DNA of 53,390 nt, counting the filler, from Bipalium vagum (Eukaryota): assembly GCA_037834085.1 (NCBI GenBank). It is 3 parts of 3 records of this genome, joined end to end, with 100 filler letters (N's around TTAATTAATTAA, not from the genome) between each part and the next. Parts side by side here need not be neighbours in the genome. Positions count along the whole stretch, not along the records: positions 1 to 17,430 come from JBBMKC010065875.1; 2 more parts are not named here. One strand, 5' to 3'. The notes beneath the pieces were generated by a model that saw nothing but the letters and a program-made list of their open reading frames with translations, ran no database searches and was not told where the DNA came from. The first letter of the stretch is position 1, and the number at the start of each line of letters is the position of its first letter. Positions 1 to 12,640 of this stretch are shown piece by piece. The translations under genes were made by a program, and so were the position numbers.

Positions 1-329
1 AAATTTAAATATCAAAAACGTTGACTGATGAAGAACTGAAAAATAAAAGTTCGAAACATGTTTCATGAAAATATATACTTGAATAAATTTTGTATTCATT
101 TAATAAAAGGCGTATATTCGAAAAATCAAATACATTTTGTTTAAAAACTTAAATTTATTACAGAAAAGAAAGAAAATATTTTTTAATCAAGTCTTAATAA
201 GTTATTTTCGAATTTTTATTAAACCTTTTTTTAAAATGAGCTGGTTATTCGTTTAGACGTTAAACTTTAGAGCATCTATTGAAAAATGCACATATTTAAT
301 CAATTAATAATTGACTTGATTTCTTTTTG

Positions 330-1200
330 CTAAAATAAGTTTATAAATTTTTTCTGTCACTGATTTCACTAATTTAACAACAGTTTCCCTTAAAATGTTT
401 TGCTAAGCATGACGTAATGCAGTTTAAAGTTCAGTAATAATTCTTACTAAGATTCCACACATGCTTTCCATGTCATTTTTATCTGAACTCAATGATGGTC
501 AATCAAGAAGTTGGATATTTTTGATTTAAATCATTGTTTTGTAGACGAGAGAGGATGACTTAGAGCGTTATCCTGCTAAACTATATTTTGGCTGCCTAAA
601 GTCCTGGTTGGTGGAATAAAGTATTTTTCAAGGATGTTTTGATAAACTGTAGAATCAATACGACCATTGAAAATTACTAACTCTGAATTTGTAATTAAGA
701 TAAATTTTAATACTGCTAAACCTGTAAAACTGGTAATTCTTTGTCTATGCTATGCCAATAACTTTGAATCCGCCTAAATTAAATTTCTTGTCCTAAAGGA
801 TAATATTCCTTAACTTTTTCGTCTATGTTACTTATATTTGTAGCAACGACCAACCTCGCAAGTTAATACGCTTCTTTCAAAAGGGGAAATGACTTTAATT
901 TTTCATATTTAAAATTATTAGAAATTAATTTATTCCTAATTTCTCTACTGGTTAATTTAATACTAAATAAATTTAATATTCTTTAATGACATTATATTGC
1001 AGATGGAAACAGAAAATTTTTCTTTTATCTTGCAAGGAAATTTTCGTATTACCATTGTATGGTTTTTAATTTCATAACACGATGTCATAATTTTATGAGA
1101 CCTCGGAGCTTTCTGGTTAATAACAGAAATGCTCATTCTTTGATCACCACGTGTATTTATTTGCCATCTTTCGAAATCCTTCAGATACCTTTAGGTATGA
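330..1200 (-). mobile_element. Decayed Tc1-like transposase remnant
   Basis: Minus-strand translation gives ELVIFNGRIDSTVYQNILEKYFIPPTRTLGSQNIV*QDNALSH...IQLLD*PSLSSDKNDMESMCGIL, matching the Tc1 QDNA..H and WPxxSPDLNPIE.xW motifs. Many stops and frameshifts; ends approximate. Confidence 0.7.
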
Positions 1201-2185
1201 TGTAACAGAAAGAAACATAATTTATATTTTTTAGGATTTACATGATTGATGAAATGTTTTAAATAATATTTAAGAAAAATTACAGATTAATCTTTTTTTC
1301 AAAAACTAAAAATACTTGTGTTCTAAAATCTAAATGACTTTCCAGGTATAAAATGTGTTATAAGTAATATATGGTTTGAATCTAAAATATGTTAATTGTT
1401 CTGTCAAGAGTTGATTAGACATTATCTTTAATCAATTATATCTTTAAATTATTAAAATTAATCATCTCTTTTAAAAAAATATGATATGCTAAACGAATTT
1501 CCACCACTGTATTTCAAAATAGATCTTAACATCTATTGATTTATAATCCATAATTGTAAGACATAAGAATTTATGAATCTTAATATTTCAAAAAAATGTA
1601 GTCAAACCTTAGAAATCGCATAAATAAAAATAATACAATATAATTATATATGAAGTATTTAACTGATTAATTTTTATTTTTTATTACACAGTTATAAAAT
1701 TAATAATAATATTTTTAAATTTTATTATTATTATTACATTTTACAATTTTACAATGCATATTATAATCTTAAATTAAATATTTATAATAGAATTTTAAAT
1801 AATTATTTTGAATATATTAACATTTATTATAATATTAATACGCTCACAAGATTAAAATATAAATATGATATTAAAATTAAGAATTCCCATTGTCTGATTA
1901 ACTTCCATACACATTTATTTTAATAAATTTCATAACATCTATTTTTTCTTTCTTTATCCAGTTCAAGAACTATATCAAATCTTAAGCATAAAATAAAAAG
2001 ATTCAAATTATAAATGTTTAATTTTATTTCTCCTTACTAACTTTTCATTAAATATTTTCTATCTATACGTGTAAAATTGAATTTATTATTTTTCTGGTTA
2101 TATATGATTATTTAATTCCAATATGTAAATAAAATAAAATGAAAAATAATAATTTAACTAATTTTAATATTAAAAAATTCATTAC

Positions 2186-5100
2186 TGTCCTTGGGCAAAC
2201 GAATACGCTCCTGGCCACCGTATTGAAGATAAACAGGCTACTGCATATTTTTTTGGAACCAAGTTACTGGATACCTTAACTCGCCATGCCGATTCACCAT
2301 TTAATTGCTCATCTTCTTCCAGTGGACTAAGTAATGGTGGGCCTTCTTCTGGTTCTTCCTCCTCTGCTTCTTCTTTTTCCTCCTCTTCTTCCTGTTCTTC
2401 TTTTTGTTCTTCTTCTTCCTCTTCTTCTCCTTTTGCATTAGGATTCACATATTGACAACGACCTTGTTTTAGAATATGTAGAGTATGATGAACCCAGCTT
2501 GTCAAGCTTGGATCTAGTAATTCTTCCATTTCTGGAGGTTCAAACTCTTCTGCTTGAATTAAATTTTCTGGAACTTCCTTAATTTTAGGTTTTTATAAAA
2601 TTTAACTAATTCATTTAATAATTCTACATTTTCCTCTGGTTCCTCTTCTTCATCTATTTCAAAAAATCCAGCCGGAGAAACATGAGTTCCCGCTGAAATT
2701 CTAACTACTTGTGCAGCTAGTAGATCAATCTCCTTTCCAGGAAATGGTGGAAAACTTACTACATCTTCTCCGGGCCTTCCGGTAAAGAATTTTGTGATTT
2801 GTCTGGCTACATTAATTTGTTCAGGAGTTACTTTCGGCAAGCGAAACCACGGTTTTCCTGGTTCATTACAACAAAAGTAAATATTTTTATTAACTCCGCG
2901 GCCTTTAGCTTCAGGAGGTAATTTCTTTGGTGGTTTCCATTTATTTTTGGGAAAGGGTGGAGGTTTTTCTATATAAAACTTTAGTACTTCAGTAAAAATT
3001 TAAAAATGAACCTTCTTCTTCACCCATTTCTTCTTTTGCTGCCTCATCTGCTGCTGCCTCTTCTGCTCCCTGTTCTGGTTCGGCTTCTTCCTCTCCTTCA
3101 TCTTCTCCTTCTTCAAATTCTACTTGTGTTATGTAGTAATTTTGTGAAATTCCAAAAATTTTTCCCCAAAAATTAACTTTTGATAAGCGATGAGTTTTAG
3201 ATAATTGTTTCATTCCCATCCAAACACGGAATATCTCTTCTCTGTTCATTCCTATTGGAAAATAGTTATTGTACAGTTTATAACATCATTACCAACACCA
3301 GCTTGCTCAAAAAAATAAATAGTTTGCATTAGATTAGGAAGAGGAGACTCCTCTTCCTCATCTCCCATTTCATCTGGATCTGGCTCTACATCAATTGGCA
3401 TATCTGCCATTGGCAGTTTTTTCTAAAACAATTATGAAGTACAACAAAAGGTAGTATAATTTTCATCTGCTTCTATTTGGATCAAATATAAGAAAATATC
3501 ATGGTGAGTCATTAACTTTAATTTGTTTTACAACTTTTACTTATAATGAAGTATTTTAAGTATAATAACTTTCAAATATCGAAACAATCATTAGTAATAA
3601 AATAAACTAATATTTATTATGTTTATTGTTTAAATATTAAAAGGACGTATACATTTTTAAATCTTATTTAGATATTTACTTTCAAAATGAACTACTCACT
3701 CATCGAAATCAGAGTCACTCTGAGACATTAATGGAAACACAACTTGAAAGCAATAGATTCAATAAGGAGAGTAAAAGATCAATATCAATTTGAACAGTAA
3801 TAGTTCAAAAAGTTAAAAAATGGTGATACCAGCTTGGATTATGCAACTAATAAATCATGACCAACAACCTTGTGAACAATTACTATCTAGTCCTTGGAAT
3901 GCTCAATTTAAATGGAGAGTTGTCACAAGTGGTGAAAAATGGATGTATTTTAACAACACCAAAAGGCAAAACCTGCAGTTCCTATACCAAAGTTTAGAAA
4001 TTTGAAAAAAAGATGATGTTTTCCTTCTAAATGGAATTTTGAGGAATAATCTACTTTGAAATAATTCCTGATGGTCGGACTATCAACTCTGATCTCTATT
4101 GGCATGAACTGGAAAAAGTTTAAGAACGTTTAATGAAAAGTGTGCAATCTTCCAGCACGACAATAAAAAGTTTGAAGAGCTGGAGATTGAAGTTTTCCCT
4201 CGTTCAGCTTATAGTCCAGACCTTGCGCCGCTTGATTCTCATTTGTTCTGTTCTAAGGCTTACTTCCTCAAAGGGTGGAGTTTTGAAATTTTTGACCACT
4301 TACCTTTTAAAAAGATTACGATATAAACAAATTTATATTAATAACACAAAATTTCATTAAAAAATTCATAATTTCGAATTTCTCCTTTTAGCTTTCGATG
4401 ATAATAATTTTTTTTCGTAATTTTTAATTATTGCTCATATTTTGTAATCTTTCATTTTGAACATGGAAACTATTTGATCAAAATGAAAGAAGATTATTAA
4501 TTTTCGATTTTCATAGGGGATATTCATTTGTAAAGTGATTGTAAAAATGTTCTACAACTTAAAAATTTCTAAAACTCTGTACAGTATTTTGGGAACTTTA
4601 GAAATTTATAATTATCAAAAATGATTAAATACTTATATCTAAAAAAAAATTACAGTTTTTCCTGTTCAAATAATTATTCTAAATAGTAAATTTAGCCTCT
4701 GCATATAAAACTTGGCTTAAGCAATTTATAAAAGGTTAAGTTAAAACCTCCATTTGCCTTGCGAAAATTTTCAAAACCTTTCTATTGTAAAAAAAAGAAG
4801 CTTGTATTTTTACAGAAAAATATTTTAGGAATCTTGTGAATGATTCCAATTTAATTACAACGATGTCCAATTCAGAAAAGAATGGTTGGATAGCTTTCAA
4901 AAATGTTTCCCAAAATTTTTAAGGTAACCGGAAAGCTAAAAATTATAAATAAATAATAATTAATAATATTTGCGGGAATTTAAAATTTAGACTGTAATAT
5001 GAGTCTTAAATTGCATTTTTTGCAGTCACTTGAACTATTTTTCGAACAATATTGGTGAATATAGTGAAGAACAAGGCGAAAGGTTTCACCAAGACATTAT

Positions 5101-5798
5101 TGATTTGGAAAAAAGATACCAATGGAAATGGGATGTAATCATGCTGGTCGATTATTGCTGATGTTTAAAAATGAGATATGAGCACTGATATCCATAAAAA
5201 GAGATATAAACGAAGAATATTTTAACTGAAATCTTGTGTACTCTGTTTTGTGTTCAATTATAAATATAACTAATTTTTTTCGTTAACGTTGTTGAAAGTA
5301 GCGTACTTTGTTTAGTTAAAATTATTTTAAAAAATTAAGCTTTTGCAGAAATTTGATATTATACAAGTTTTTCATTGTATGTATAAAACTTGTTAATTTT
5401 TAAAAATCAATTTCAATAAAAGATAATTTAGTAAAAAAACTTTGAAAATTATTGATTTTAATTTTTAAAAAAATTAAATGTTTAAAAATAAATTAAATTA
5501 ATCGAACCCAAAATAACTTTTTCTGAATATTCGCCAGCTCCACTTCCGTATTTGGATCAAGCCGTCCGTGTAACATGCTATCATTACTTCCCATCCGTAA
5601 ACGTTTTACTTCTTGACTTATTTGTTCAAAACTGTCAACAGCATTGTTGGGATGAAACTCCAGTAGATATTTGATGACAGAGACCAAATGTTCGTAAAGA
5701 TTAAGACCGGACTGGTTGGAGAGCGACTGCAAGAACCCCTTTGCATTGGCATATTCCTGATCATTTGGAGCCAGTCGGGGTAACTCAATATTTGCCAT
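2186..5798 (-). CDS. RSPH4A: Radial spoke head protein 4/6 family (RSPH4A/RSPH6A-like), 5 exons resolved, 3' end missing
   Basis: Exons 5798-5508, 3422-3293, 3251-3012, 2968-2628, 2577-2186, all GT..AG and phase-consistent (0,1,1,0, then 2). The spliced protein has family motifs NLYEHL, FFEQAGVGM, FWGKIFG..QNYYI, NKNIYFCCNEPGKPWFRLP.VTP.QI..AR.I.KFFTG, RISAGTHVSP.GFF, WVHH..HILKQGRC and S.RWPGAY. A donor at 2185 implies a final exon (expected FEN.YIGWG) that I could not find in 1-2185. Confidence 0.95.
3690..4310 (+). mobile_element. Decayed mariner (DD34D) transposase in RSPH intron 1
   Basis: RVVTSGEKWMYFNN (first catalytic D region) and AYSPDLAPLDSHLF motif; frameshifted and internally deleted. 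Confidence 0.85.
4465..5230 (+). mobile_element. Decayed Chapaev3-like (CMC-type) transposase in RSPH intron 1
   Basis: PLHIKLGL.KQFIK near 4696, then MSLKLHF..HLNYFSNNIGEYSEEQGERFHQDIIDLEKRYQWKWDVIMLVDYC at about 4999-5160. Superfamily name is from memory of this motif. Confidence 0.75.
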
Positions 5799-6359
5799 AA
5801 ATTCTTTTTATTATTTGAAAAAATTGATTATTTTAAATCGTTTAAATAATGATTTTATAAAAATCAATTTTAAATTAAATATAAAATGTAAATCCACCGT
5901 TAAGAAAATAATTTTCTTACAATTTTAAAGTATTCTCAATAAAAATAAATAAATAATGAAAGATATTTCTTCAGATTTCCTGTCAGCCGAAACCTTTCTT
6001 TGTCAAAAAGGGAATTTATTTTCCATGGATTGATGACCTACAATGGCTTCATTGTCGGCAAGATTACTTTCCCGTTAAAGTCAACCAGACTTCCTAAACG
6101 ATTGAACAGGTTTTTGTCAAAAGCATCTTTCCTATGATTTCTTGGGTCTCTTAGAAAAAGTCAATTAAATTTCGGATGAAACCATGGTTCACTGAACAGT
6201 TCTGTATCAATGATTAACATAAGATGGTTTTTTGTAAAATAATTAATTAAAAATTATAATATATTAAGTAATTAATTGATGAATTATCACTGTTACGTTG
6301 GACAATCTATGTAAAATATGTTTTAACAAATAGTTTTCTTTTCAAATTCAAAATTCAGA

Positions 6360-6860
6360 ACAAAAATAAATCCATTGATTTGACAGAGGAGACTCAACAA
6401 TGGATTATCTTTTGGACTCTATTTCTATATCATTCTGCAGTTCTGGAGTTTATAAATCGTGGTCAGTTCCTCGTGAAGAGCTTCTTCATTTTCAAAGCAC
6501 CGTCATCGAAGAAAATGTGACATTGAGCGAAACAAATGAAAGTCTGTATCTGCGAAATCTGGTGAATAAAGCGTATGTGACAGTAGTTCCAGGCTGTTGG
6601 TTTTTTCCATTGATTTCCGTGACGTATGAGGATTTGGTTATCTTCCTGTAATGTATCTTTCTTCCGATTGATTCAAAACTGCTATTTTGTTGTCATAACT
6701 TTATGCAATCTCTTTAAGTGTGATTAATAAATGTCAGAACTAAAACTATTATCAACTGGTACAATTTCAAAGTAGAAAAGTCCACAGCGGTTCCAACTAC
6801 AAAATAACCTATTTTTAGAATCACTGTACTTTAGAACAAAAAACGAGCGATTCATTTCTG
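6360..6860 (-). mobile_element. Mariner transposase C-terminal fragment
   Basis: Minus strand LELLSHTLYSPDFADTDFHLFRSMSHFL..RCFENEE. The listed plus-strand ORF 6400-6651 is its antisense. Confidence 0.85.
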
Positions 6861-6887
6861 TTTGGCTTATTAAATTAAACCTACTTT

Positions 6888-7037
6888 TAAACCATGGTAA
6901 CAATCCTTTTGAAAATGTGGTCTTCCAATGGTATTTTAAAAGTGACTTACAAATTTTAAAATTTATAGTTTATTTGCCATAGTTTTCAACAGTTTATAAA
7001 AGTCGATCCGAAAAGCTATATTAATGACTAGAGCAAC
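6888..7037. promoter_or_regulatory. Possible RFX X-box half-sites upstream of the radial spoke gene
   Basis: CCATGGTAAC at 6892-6901 and AGCAAC at 7032-7037 resemble the RGYAAC half of the X-box found in ciliary gene promoters. Only partial matches, about 1.1-1.2 kb from the ATG. Confidence 0.25.
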
Positions 7038-8099
7038 CAAATCCATTTTTTGCACTTTGCATTAAGTAATGCAAAAAGTGAAAATTATAAACTCAATTTT
7101 GTTTAAATAATAAATATTAAAAGGTGGAATTTTAAATAATGGCAATTATTAGTTATTGATTTATTATTAATAATGTATTATAATTAATTATTAAGTAATT
7201 GAAAAATAATTTTTGATATATTTTAATTTATCTTAAACCAGAAAATCTCTGGAAATATTTTATTTCCTATATTAACGGATTGAATAATACCGGTACATGT
7301 AAAATTGAACAAAGTTTTGTAATCCATATCTAAATTTTAATAAAAAATTTTTCTAAATATGTTTTGTAAATTTTTGCACTGTTTTCGAAACTTTGCTTTT
7401 TTGGTTGGTCTATAATTAATAATAATATAATAAATATGACATTGCTGGAATGAAAAATTTTTACTTAAAATCAAATAATGTATTAATTAAAACAAATTGA
7501 AAAGATAAGTAAAAAAATATTTTAATTCGATGTGGGAAATCACAACCCATTCGAATACTCCTGCAGATATTAATAAAATACATAAAATATTCCTCTTTCC
7601 TATGAAAATCAGAATAAATACGTGAATCACTGAAAGGGGTTGAATTAAAAAAAGTCCATTGAATTTGAGGATTTCACTTCATAATCCATTGCGACATTAT
7701 TGTAGATCATTCCAATTTCCTAATTAAATAATCGAATCATGACTTGAGAATAAGAGACTTCCGATTTGCTTTTGTGGTTTCAAAAATCAGAGACAAAAAC
7801 AGAATTATTATTTCTAATTGAACAATAATTGGTTCAGATTTTTGAAACAGGAAGATTTAGCAAATGTATTATTCGATCAATGAGGGGTTTTACGAGTCAA
7901 ACTCTGAAAAACTGTTATTATTATTTTTCAATTTTATTTAATTAATTATTTTCCAATGATCATTTGGATTTTCAGCTTTCAAAAATCATTTTTTTCTTTT
8001 CTTTTTTTTATTATTGAAAATATTTTTAAAATTTGTTTTAATGATGGAAAGAAATATTGTTATATATAATGGATTATAAAACGTAGAATATTCAAATCA

Positions 8100-8490
8100 A
8101 TTTTGAATACATTGATAATTAATAGATAATAGTGGAACCAAAACACTGTCCTAAAATACTTTCTTATAGACTTCAAATTGTTTAAAACTGTTGTGTGATG
8201 TTTGCAAATAGTTTGCCCGAATTCAAGAAAGGTCATCTTTGGATCACAGTCAATTAATTGTCTCAAAGCATCATTGTCCAGTTCTTCAGGATGACCAAAT
8301 TTTGATAGATTCTCAAGGTCAAAATTATTTCCTCTGACGTGAACAAACCATTCGCGAACTGTTCTCTCGCGTACAGCATTTGGACATACTGCACAGATAT
8401 TTCAGATTGTCTCAGAATCATTTGATTAGCGAAGAAATTCATAGAAAATTTATTTTTTTGTGAATTAATTATTTTCAGTTATGGATTACA
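8100..8490 (-). mobile_element. Mariner transposase N-terminal (HTH) fragment
   Basis: AVRERTVREWF...FDLENLSKFGHPEELDNDALRQLIDCDPKMTFLEFGQTICKHHTTVLNNLKSIRK. Confidence 0.85.
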
Positions 8491-9254
8491 TTAATTTTGT
8501 GTAAATTAATTAAAAATATATTATTTCATTATATTGATTCATTATTGACATTGTGATTATTTTTATTTGATTTAATTTCATTGATTTAATAACCTTAAAA
8601 ATAATATTGATATAAAAAAATAATATTTGGTTAATAATTCAAAATATAATTTTAAATATTATAAATTCTAAAAATGCTTATTAAAAATTTACATTAAATT
8701 GTGTTGCACTTGAAAAATGTTTTAATAATTGTAAAATTTATTTAAATAATAAACATAAAATGAATAAAAAAGAAATAATAAAATTTATATAAATGAAATA
8801 TTTTATATATTTAATATTATTTGTTTGAATTAACATCAGAAATCTTATTTTCTTTGGCTTACGTTATCGACATGGTTTTTGATTTTATTTTTTTATCAAA
8901 TGGCTTAAAACATTTTTTTATTTTACTTTTTTGTCTACATTACGTCCGTATGGTGTTGAGACTGCTACCACGAACAGGGACAGCATTTTTGCAAATTCTG
9001 AAATAAAAATTGAAAAATCTTAAGATATTTTATTTATTTATTTTATATTTTATTTTTTTTAGTTAATTAGCAGAATTCGGACAACTCTTAATTTTTCTTA
9101 AATAATATGTTCATAATTTTAATTCATTTTACTTTTTATCATTTATAAGGAGACCCCGGGAATTTTTAATTTAACATTTTTATTTATGTTTGTAACAATT
9201 TATTTAATAATATTTAATTTAATAACTTTGACAAGTTTTCTTAGGATCGGTTTC

Positions 9255-9315
9255 GGATCACCATGGATCCTAGACTCATGCTAGGATCCATGGTGATCCT
9301 AGCATGATCATGCTA
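9255..9315. repeat. Perfect 19-bp hairpin plus adjacent 16-bp palindrome
   Basis: ggatcaccatggatcctag (9255-9273), 7-nt loop, ctaggatccatggtgatcc (9281-9299), then tagcatgatcatgcta (9300-9315). Confidence 0.95.
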
Positions 9316-9339
9316 CTTTTTACGATCTTGTATCATATT

Positions 9340-10032
9340 TTATTGAAAGCAGAAATTGTCCTTTTTACATGTCCAATCTTCGAATTTCTTAATTGTTTTA
9401 CCTCCATTGATCACTGCAAAGAAGTTTAAACTCTTTGAGATGAAAATTAATGACCTCATTCCTCCATGTATAACTAACGCACACATTTGTGTCTTCCTGT
9501 CGGAAATCTTTTCAATAACGTCTTGCATCTATCTAGAATCTAGATGTTTTTTAATTGCAAAGTTGTTCAGTACCTGAATCTTTACCATATTTCTGAAATT
9601 CATCCCAGGATCTTTTTTTAGAATCATTTTCCCTAAACTGACTGATATGCTAACGGCTTTCCCTATTTTTTCCATTTAGTTCTTGAGGCAGTTTGGATTT
9701 CTTTGGATTTTTCTCTTAATATTCTGTGTTTTACCTAGTGTTCTTACAATTATAGGCCGTCTACTTCCGAGTTTTGGTTCATCAAAACTAGTTTTTTTTA
9801 AAAGCTTTATAACCCAGTGGACAGTTAATTTTGGCAAATTTAATAAATTTGATATTCTCATTCATGTTTTACATTATGGAAAATCTGTAAAAATTGATTT
9901 TTAATTCTCGATATTCAACAATTTATAAAAATGAAAATTAAGAACTATGGTAAAAATTAAATATAAAAATCAATTTTTTATAACATTAAAAGTTCTCATT
10001 TTTTATTTGTCCAGGTTTTTCGAATCGCCCTT
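9340..10032 (-). mobile_element. Tc1/maT-like element 5' part (HTH fragments and probable terminal repeat)
   Basis: ISNLLNLPKLTVHWVIK...GSRRPIIVRT...IKRKIQRNP; TIR-like end near 10005-10032 (reverse: agggcgattcgaaaaacctggacaaa). Confidence 0.7.
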
Positions 10033-11399
10033 TAAAATTTATTTAATGTTTTTTAAAATTTGATAGATTAATAATGTTAAATTTTAAAGATATTTTCTAA
10101 ATGTTATCATATTAAAATCAATGACCAAACTGATTACTGATCTTCTGTATTTTTAATTTAGACCATGACCTAGGTCAAACTAGACCATAATTAGTTAGTG
10201 TTACAGTTAGATTTTACTTAACATTTTTAATGAACATTTTTTATTTTTTGTGATCCTCGTTTTATTAACTGTGCACAAAAATATTTTTTTTAAATTTATT
10301 TTTCTAAAAAAAATATGTATTAGTTGAAATTTGGACTACAAAGAAGTGGAAACATTTTAAGTTATTTTTTTCAAATTTATACAGATGGTGATGATGATGA
10401 TGATGAGTTTTTGGGTTTGGAGTCAGATTATAAAAAATTAATAGAAGGAAAATTTAAGTGTTTTCAATATTTTATTTTTTCAATAAAAGTCACTTAATCT
10501 GCAAAACAATCAATTTATCAAAAATAAATAAAATAAAACTGTTTAGGTATTATTCTACAAGATGAAACTGTTTCTTTTTCCTTTGGACCGGATTAAATAG
10601 CCTAGAAATGAACTTATTCAATTATCAGCTAATACTGATTTACCTATCACCTTCATTTGGCAAAAAGTTTAATAATCTATCTAAATTTTAAAACCATTCC
10701 AAAAAAGCAACTGATATAACTTAAAATAATAATGAATCAATTAATATAATTACTCCTCAATCATTGAGTTGAACAAACACTTGCGCTATGTTAACAAGGT
10801 TTCTAAAATACAGTGGTGTGCTGAATAATTTACGAAATCATTTAAAATAGAAATTCAATTTTGATTTTTGATCGGAAACCATTGATTTTTATGAAACTCT
10901 CATTTTGAGCACTGTACTTGATCCAACCAGATCTGTGGAACTTGTAAATGATGTTTTAAACCTTGGTAAAGAGTGATCAGGTATTTTTTCAAAGACGTTT
11001 TTGTTTTTATTCGCTGGAAGATGTATACAATAAATATCAAGTATCCAAACAAGAACAAATTAAGCCAAATGCTAAAAATATAGAGGTTATTTCGAGAAGG
11101 GAGATATATTCTTAAAAGAGATTAATTTTTTCGGAAATTGTCTAAACGGAGAATTTCGATAAGTCTTAATGGGATAAATTTTGGATTAAAAACCAACAAA
11201 TATTTTCCCTGATGTTTAATTAACGTATCATAGTGTTGTCTGTTATGCAGCTATTGAAGAGAGACTATAAGTGGGAAGGAAAAATAATCATTTATTAACT
11301 TTATTTTATTAGGTCTACAAATTGAAAAGGTGCATATTTTTAAAAATATTACATGTCAAAAGATCGATAAAATAAATATATATTTCTTCCATTATAGGT

Positions 11400-11700
11400 A
11401 CAAATTTTTCTTTGAAATAATTTCCATTATTGTCGATGCATTTTAACGATTTTTCAGGAAGCTGGCTAATATCTGTTCTGGAAAAAGATGGCGATTTTGA
11501 ATCAATGTAATTTGAGATCGATTTTTGACACAAATCTTTTTGAACTGAGTATCAGCCAGATGATGTTGAAGAGACCTGAATAAATAATAATCTGATGGAG
11601 CCATATCAGGTGAGTAAGCAATTGTGAGAGAACTTCCAAGCCTAGAAAAGTTAGATGGTTCACTGTTGTCTTTGACGAGTGTTTTTCAATTTCTTGAATG
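11400..11700 (-). mobile_element. Mariner transposase C-terminal fragment
   Basis: AYSPDMAPSDYYLFRSLQHHLAD...QLPEKSLKCIDNNGNYF. Confidence 0.9.
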
Positions 11701-12204
11701 AATTATTTTATTAATTATATATAATAATTATATTATTACTATTTTATATTTTCTAAATAATAATTCTAATTTATAATTTTCTAAATAATAAAGTAAGTTT
11801 TAGTTAAAATTATATTTTTTTCTCTCATTAAATGACTGTTGATTACATTGGAGTAAACTCAGAAAATATAGAAATATAAGCAATAACATCTTCTTACAAA
11901 TCAAGAAATCTGGAAGACAGTACAATTTTTTTATATTTATATAAATAAATAATTGACATTTCTTCTGTAGATAAGAAATCAGACTTACGATTTTAAGGAA
12001 TGAAACAAACAATCAATATTTTTTCTTTTATTGTTAACAATTTCCATATTTTTAGATTTTATTAAATGCTGATTTATTTGCAAAACAATATTTTTAAGAA
12101 AATTTTACAATAATTTTTCTTGTAGAATATTTTTGAATTTTATTTGATATTGTTTTAATTTATTTAATTTAATTTGATATATTCTTTATTATTATTGAAA
12201 AAAT

Positions 12205-12640
12205 ATCTACTTTTCGTCTCCGGTTACAATCAGTTGCAAAAAAGATTTTTGTTTGTGTCTATTGAGAAAGGAAAGACAAGTGGTGAGTCGGCTGGTAATG
12301 ATCTTCTCTGATAAACCATGGGGAACCAATTTTCCTTCCTTATGAATCTTTATGAATTATGGTGCTCTGGTAACCTTCTTGCCAATTCTATACTAGACTG
12401 AGTAAAATCCCCTTTCAAAAGTGCTTCCAAGTGATCCGAACTCATCCCATGTGGCCGCCCAATGCGTTCTTTATCGTTCAAATCAAAATCACGGCTTTTG
12501 AAGAATCGAAACCGATGATGACATGAGCTTTATCACCAGATGTATTGCATATGATCCGAGTTTCTTCGGCTGGTGTTTAGCTCTGAATAAACAAAAATAA
12601 CATGCAGTGGTGTATATGCATTTTATCTATTTCCATTATA
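12205..12640 (-). mobile_element. Mariner transposase N-terminal fragment
   Basis: MEIDKMHIHHCMLF...RFRFFKSRDFDLNDKERIGRP...LEALLKGD..QSSIELA. May belong with 11400-11700. Confidence 0.85.
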
